64,000 nt of DNA from Felis catus. Its lineage: Eukaryota. Positions 60,421-64,000 of the stretch are shown in pieces; position 1 is the stretch's first letter, and every line of letters begins with the position of its first letter. Location of the stretch: assembly GCF_018350175.1 (NCBI RefSeq), contig NC_058368.1, positions 102,674,001 through 102,738,000 of the forward strand, written 5' to 3'. The notes beneath the pieces were generated by a model. That model was given only the letters and a program-made list of their open reading frames with translations, was not told the DNA's origin and did no database searches. Position numbers and translations under genes: made by a program.

Positions 60421-61894
60421 AAAAATGAGGGTGTGTAGGGTATATGTAAGTGTGAAGGCTGATCCCACTTGAGTGACTGATGAGTGCCCTGGGGGGAAAG
60501 TATTTTATGCTGTCAACTCTGGCCTGTGTCTTCAGAGGCAGGGCCTCAGTGTATTTGCTGTTTGCAATGCTCTGGCTATGCTGCTTTAAATTTGGGGTCC
60601 CTAAGAAATCTACATGGGCAACTTTCTTGGAGCCTTCAAAGTAGAGCAAAATGCTTGGTCCTCAGTGGGAAAGTGACTTTAATTAATTCTGGACGGACCT
60701 TTCCACTGAAAAGCAAAACACGCCTGCCGGAGGCTTTTCAGAAAGGTTAGGCTATACCTTTTCCCTCTTACTGTTTACGAAGCGGATGTTAGGGTTTGTC
60801 ACACAAGTCTCTATCTCCTGTGTTGCTGTGGGTGAATCCGCCTTTTAATAAAAGACAAACAAAATAAAACAAGCAAGCAGCAAGAAAAAAAAAAAAAAGC
60901 CCGTTTATAGCCAATTAACTTGTCGATTCTAGCAAGAACTAAACCAGAGTATAAAATATTCCATCACAATAAAATATGACTAAAGACCTCATCAATACTC
61001 ATTTAGCAAACGCTTCGTACTGGACCATCTTTTTCTAATACTTACCAATTCCATTATTTCTTATTTCAGGGAACATGTTAGGAAAAAAAAAAAAAAAAAC
61101 TAAGTGAAATGGGATTAGGTTTGCCATTTGTCATTTACTCAGAGTGGAATTCTGGTCTGACATGTGGGCACTCCTAGCCAGAGCTTAATGCTTCCAGTAA
61201 TTATAAGGATCATGTAGAGTATGTTGATTGGTGGGGGGGAAAAATCTTTATTAACTGCTCAGAAATAGTTAATTCTTCATTACTCAGAGCACTGCACTGG
61301 AGACTGCTGCCTGTGAACCATGGATTAGAGTTTATGATAGTAATAACCTCCCTGAAAAAACATTTGTTACTATACTTAATGACCAGATTTCAGTGCATTA
61401 ACCTTCCTTGGGAGGTCAACTAACAAAATGGATGTTAACTGCTTGTAACAACCAATTCCTCTGAAATTAATATTTAGATGCCTTTGGTGTCAAAAAACCT
61501 TCCTTCCATATCAGGGCATTAAAAACACTTCTAAATTATTAATAGCAGGCAGAATTCAAGGGCTGAAGGATTTCCAGTGCAACGCTCTTTATTTGTCCTC
61601 AGCCTCTTCCTATTTTCGCGAACAGAGTTCTCTTCTACAGGAACAAGGAAGGCATTCAGGGAAATTAGGTCTCAAAAATGCATGTGGGTCAACAATGCAC
61701 TGCAGTTTTGAAAAGGTCACCCTTTAAGTTCAACAGAAATAAACATAATAGGAGATCCCGAGCCTGCGCTGGGAACCTGACAGCGACAGACTCCCGCCAG
61801 GCCTCAGGCCACAGCCTCCTCGCCACCTGTCAGGAACTCCTTAATGACATTTTGGCGTCCCTTCTGCAATTGACCTGCTAGCTCGGCTCTCCAG

Positions 61895-61950
61895 CCCTCC
61901 CCTCCCCTCCCCCCCCCCCACTCCCACCCCTGCCCCCCCCCCCCCCCCCC
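61895..61950 (-). other. G-quadruplex-capable G-run cluster (C runs on +)
   Basis: More than four runs of 3+ C with 1-2 nt loops. Confidence 0.6.
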
Positions 61951-62601
61951 GTGCCTCCAAATTGGAAACAAACCACATTTAAGTCAAAAGAACTTCGCAA
62001 CTATTTCCTTCCCAAGCAATCCCAGAACATAAAACATGTTCTGAAAAGCTGCACCGTTCCCTGGAGAAATTTTATGATTTGGTTACTGCGCGGTGTGCTG
62101 CTCCTTGGCCAGGGTAGCCTTGAGTCCGTGCCAAACAATGAAGCAATGCTATTATTAGCCTTCCCATTCAGTGGCGACAAAGCAGTCCGTGTTTCTATTT
62201 TCAGACTGCGCTCCTCTAGTGCAATAGATATGCAGAAACTTCGACTCAGGGCCAGCAGGGCACGGGGAGGGGCAACATTGGCATCTCTTGCCAAAACACG
62301 CACAGGGGCATGAACATGGAAAATGTTTTCATGGTCGTATTTTTAGGCGGAGGAAAATACAGACAGCCACAGCCCCGGCTGCCCCGACTTCTTGTTTCAA
62401 CAGAAGCTTAACTACTGGAGTTGGGATAGTACCTCTGAGATATCAGTGACGCTGGGGCCACGTTTAAATGATTTTCCCAGGTCACCAGGACGCAGTAACT
62501 TCCGTGACTCAGTCATTTACATCAGTCTGTGTGCGGGCATGATAAACCAGCATCGCGCGGAAGAGTGACCCGGCTGATACATATGAGTGACGATGTAAAA
62601 T

Positions 62602-62807
62602 GGAGCGCCCGGGGGGCTCAGCGGGTTAAGCATCCGACTTCGGCTCAGGTCATGATCTTAGGGTTTGTGGGTTTGAGCCTGGCGTGGGCTCTGCGCTGGT
62701 CACAGACCTTGCTTGGGATTCTCTCGCCCTCTGTCTCTCTGCCCTTTCCCCACACATGTGCGCGCGCTCTCTCTCTCTCTCTCTCTCAAAATAATAAACT
62801 GAAATAA
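62602..62807 (+). mobile_element. CAN-SINE
   Basis: Full-length, diverged. Confidence 0.9.
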
Positions 62808-62916
62808 GATGTATGCATGAAAAGGCCTCTTCCTCATGGTGTAGTCAGTTGGAAGCCCAGTAGCAAGGTTTCCAGAGAGGGCAGGCAACTTGTGGACACT
62901 GTTTTCTGTTTTTACG

Positions 62917-63112
62917 TTCGTTCATTCATTCATTCATTCATTCATTCATTCATTTAGAGAGTGAACGTGCGTAGGCGAGCGCACAAGTGAAGGAGGGTCA
63001 GAGAGAAAGGGACAATCCCAAGTAGGCTCCACGCCACCGGTGCAGAGCCAGATGTGGGGCTCAGACCCACACACCAGGAAATCATGACCGACTGAGCCAC
63101 CCCGGTGCCCCC
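62917..63112 (-). mobile_element. CAN-SINE with (TTCA)n tail
   Basis: (TTCA)n at 62917-62953, then SINE body ending ccggtgcccc. Confidence 0.87.
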
Positions 63113-63119
63113 GTTCTGG

Positions 63120-64000
63120 GTTTTTTTACACTGCGCTATAATGGAGGTGCATTGTATTAGTTTCAAGCATACAGTGTAATAGTTTGATATGTGTATATAC
63201 TGAGAAATGATTACCCTGTTAAGTCTAGTGAACATCAGTCCCCATACGATGTTACAAAATTTGCTTTTCTTGCGATGAGAACTTTTAAGATTTATTCCCT
63301 TAGTAACTTGCAAATATATGGTACGGTATTATCAACTATAGCTGTCATGTTGTATATTATACCCCCTTGACTTATTTTATAATTGGATATTTGTACCTTT
63401 TGACCCCCTTCACCTGTTACCCATCCCCCCCAACAACCACTTCTGGCAACCACCAATCTGTTCTCTGTATCAGTGAGCTCGGTTTTGTTATCGTTGTTTT
63501 AAGATTCCACACGTAAGGGAAATCATACGGCATTTGTCTCTCTCGGACTGACTCATTTCACTTAGCATAATGCCCTCAAGGACCACCATGGTGTCACAAA
63601 TGGCAAGATTTCCTTCTTTGTATAGCTTAATAATATTCCATCATAAATATATATACCACAGTTTCTTTATCCATTCATCTGTTGGTGGAAACGTAGGCAG
63701 TTTCCATACTTTGGCTATTGTAAATAATGCTGCAGTGAACATAGGGGTGCATCTATATGTTTTTGGGTCGGTGTTTTCATATTTTTTGGACAAATACCCA
63801 GAAAGGTAATTGCTGAATTATATGCTGGTTTTATTTTTAGTTTTTTTGAGGAACCTCCATACTGTTTTCCATAGTGGTGGCACCAGTTTCCACTCTTACC
63901 AACAGTACACGCGTGTTTCCTTTTCTCTACATCCTTGATAACATTTGTCACTTGGGGTTTTGATTTGCATTTCCCTGATGATTAGTGATGCTGAGCATCT
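63120..64000 (-). mobile_element. L1 (L1MA9/L1_Carn-like) 3' end, continuing beyond the window
   Basis: 'gatgagaacttttaagattta', 'catttcacttagcataatgccctcaagg', 'tttttgaggaacctccatactgttttccatagtgg'. Confidence 0.9.

Noticed and set aside
173..62807. Many ORFs sharing 'VAQSVKRPTSAQVMISQFVSSSPASGS' or 'GQRETEHERGRGRERGRHRI'
   Set aside because: They are translations of CAN-SINE sequence on either strand, not a protein family.
213..63112. Regularly recurring ~200-bp repeat as a CRISPR-like array or tRNA gene cluster
   Set aside because: Dispersed retroposons with TSDs and A tails, in both orientations and with irregular spacing.

Overview
Mammalian nuclear DNA, almost certainly from a cat-family genome: it holds about 64 tRNA-derived CAN-SINEs (roughly one per kb), including a young SINEC_Fc-type group. 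I recognise no protein-coding exon, intact RNA gene, CRISPR array or intact transposase/RT, and the ORF track is mostly explained by SINE, microsatellite and decayed L1 sequence. The window reads as repeat-dense intronic or intergenic DNA, with old L1M/L2/MIR fragments, MaLR/ERVL/MER21 LTRs, a complete ERV1-type solo LTR, MER5A and Tigger DNA transposons, and many microsatellites. The most notable observations are: (1) a 34-nt tailless U2 snRNA retrocopy with a 14-bp target-site duplication (TSD) inside an LTR; (2) several places where two SINEs inserted at the same site, leaving three copies of the TSD; (3) an L1MC-like element carrying seven nested insertions; (4) a ~470-bp GGAA/TTCC array grown inside a SINE tail; (5) speculative minus-strand non-coding exons and repeat-poor candidate regulatory islands. 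I found no evidence of a new biological system. Subfamily names come from recalled consensus sequences rather than a database search, and boundaries of old repeats are approximate.
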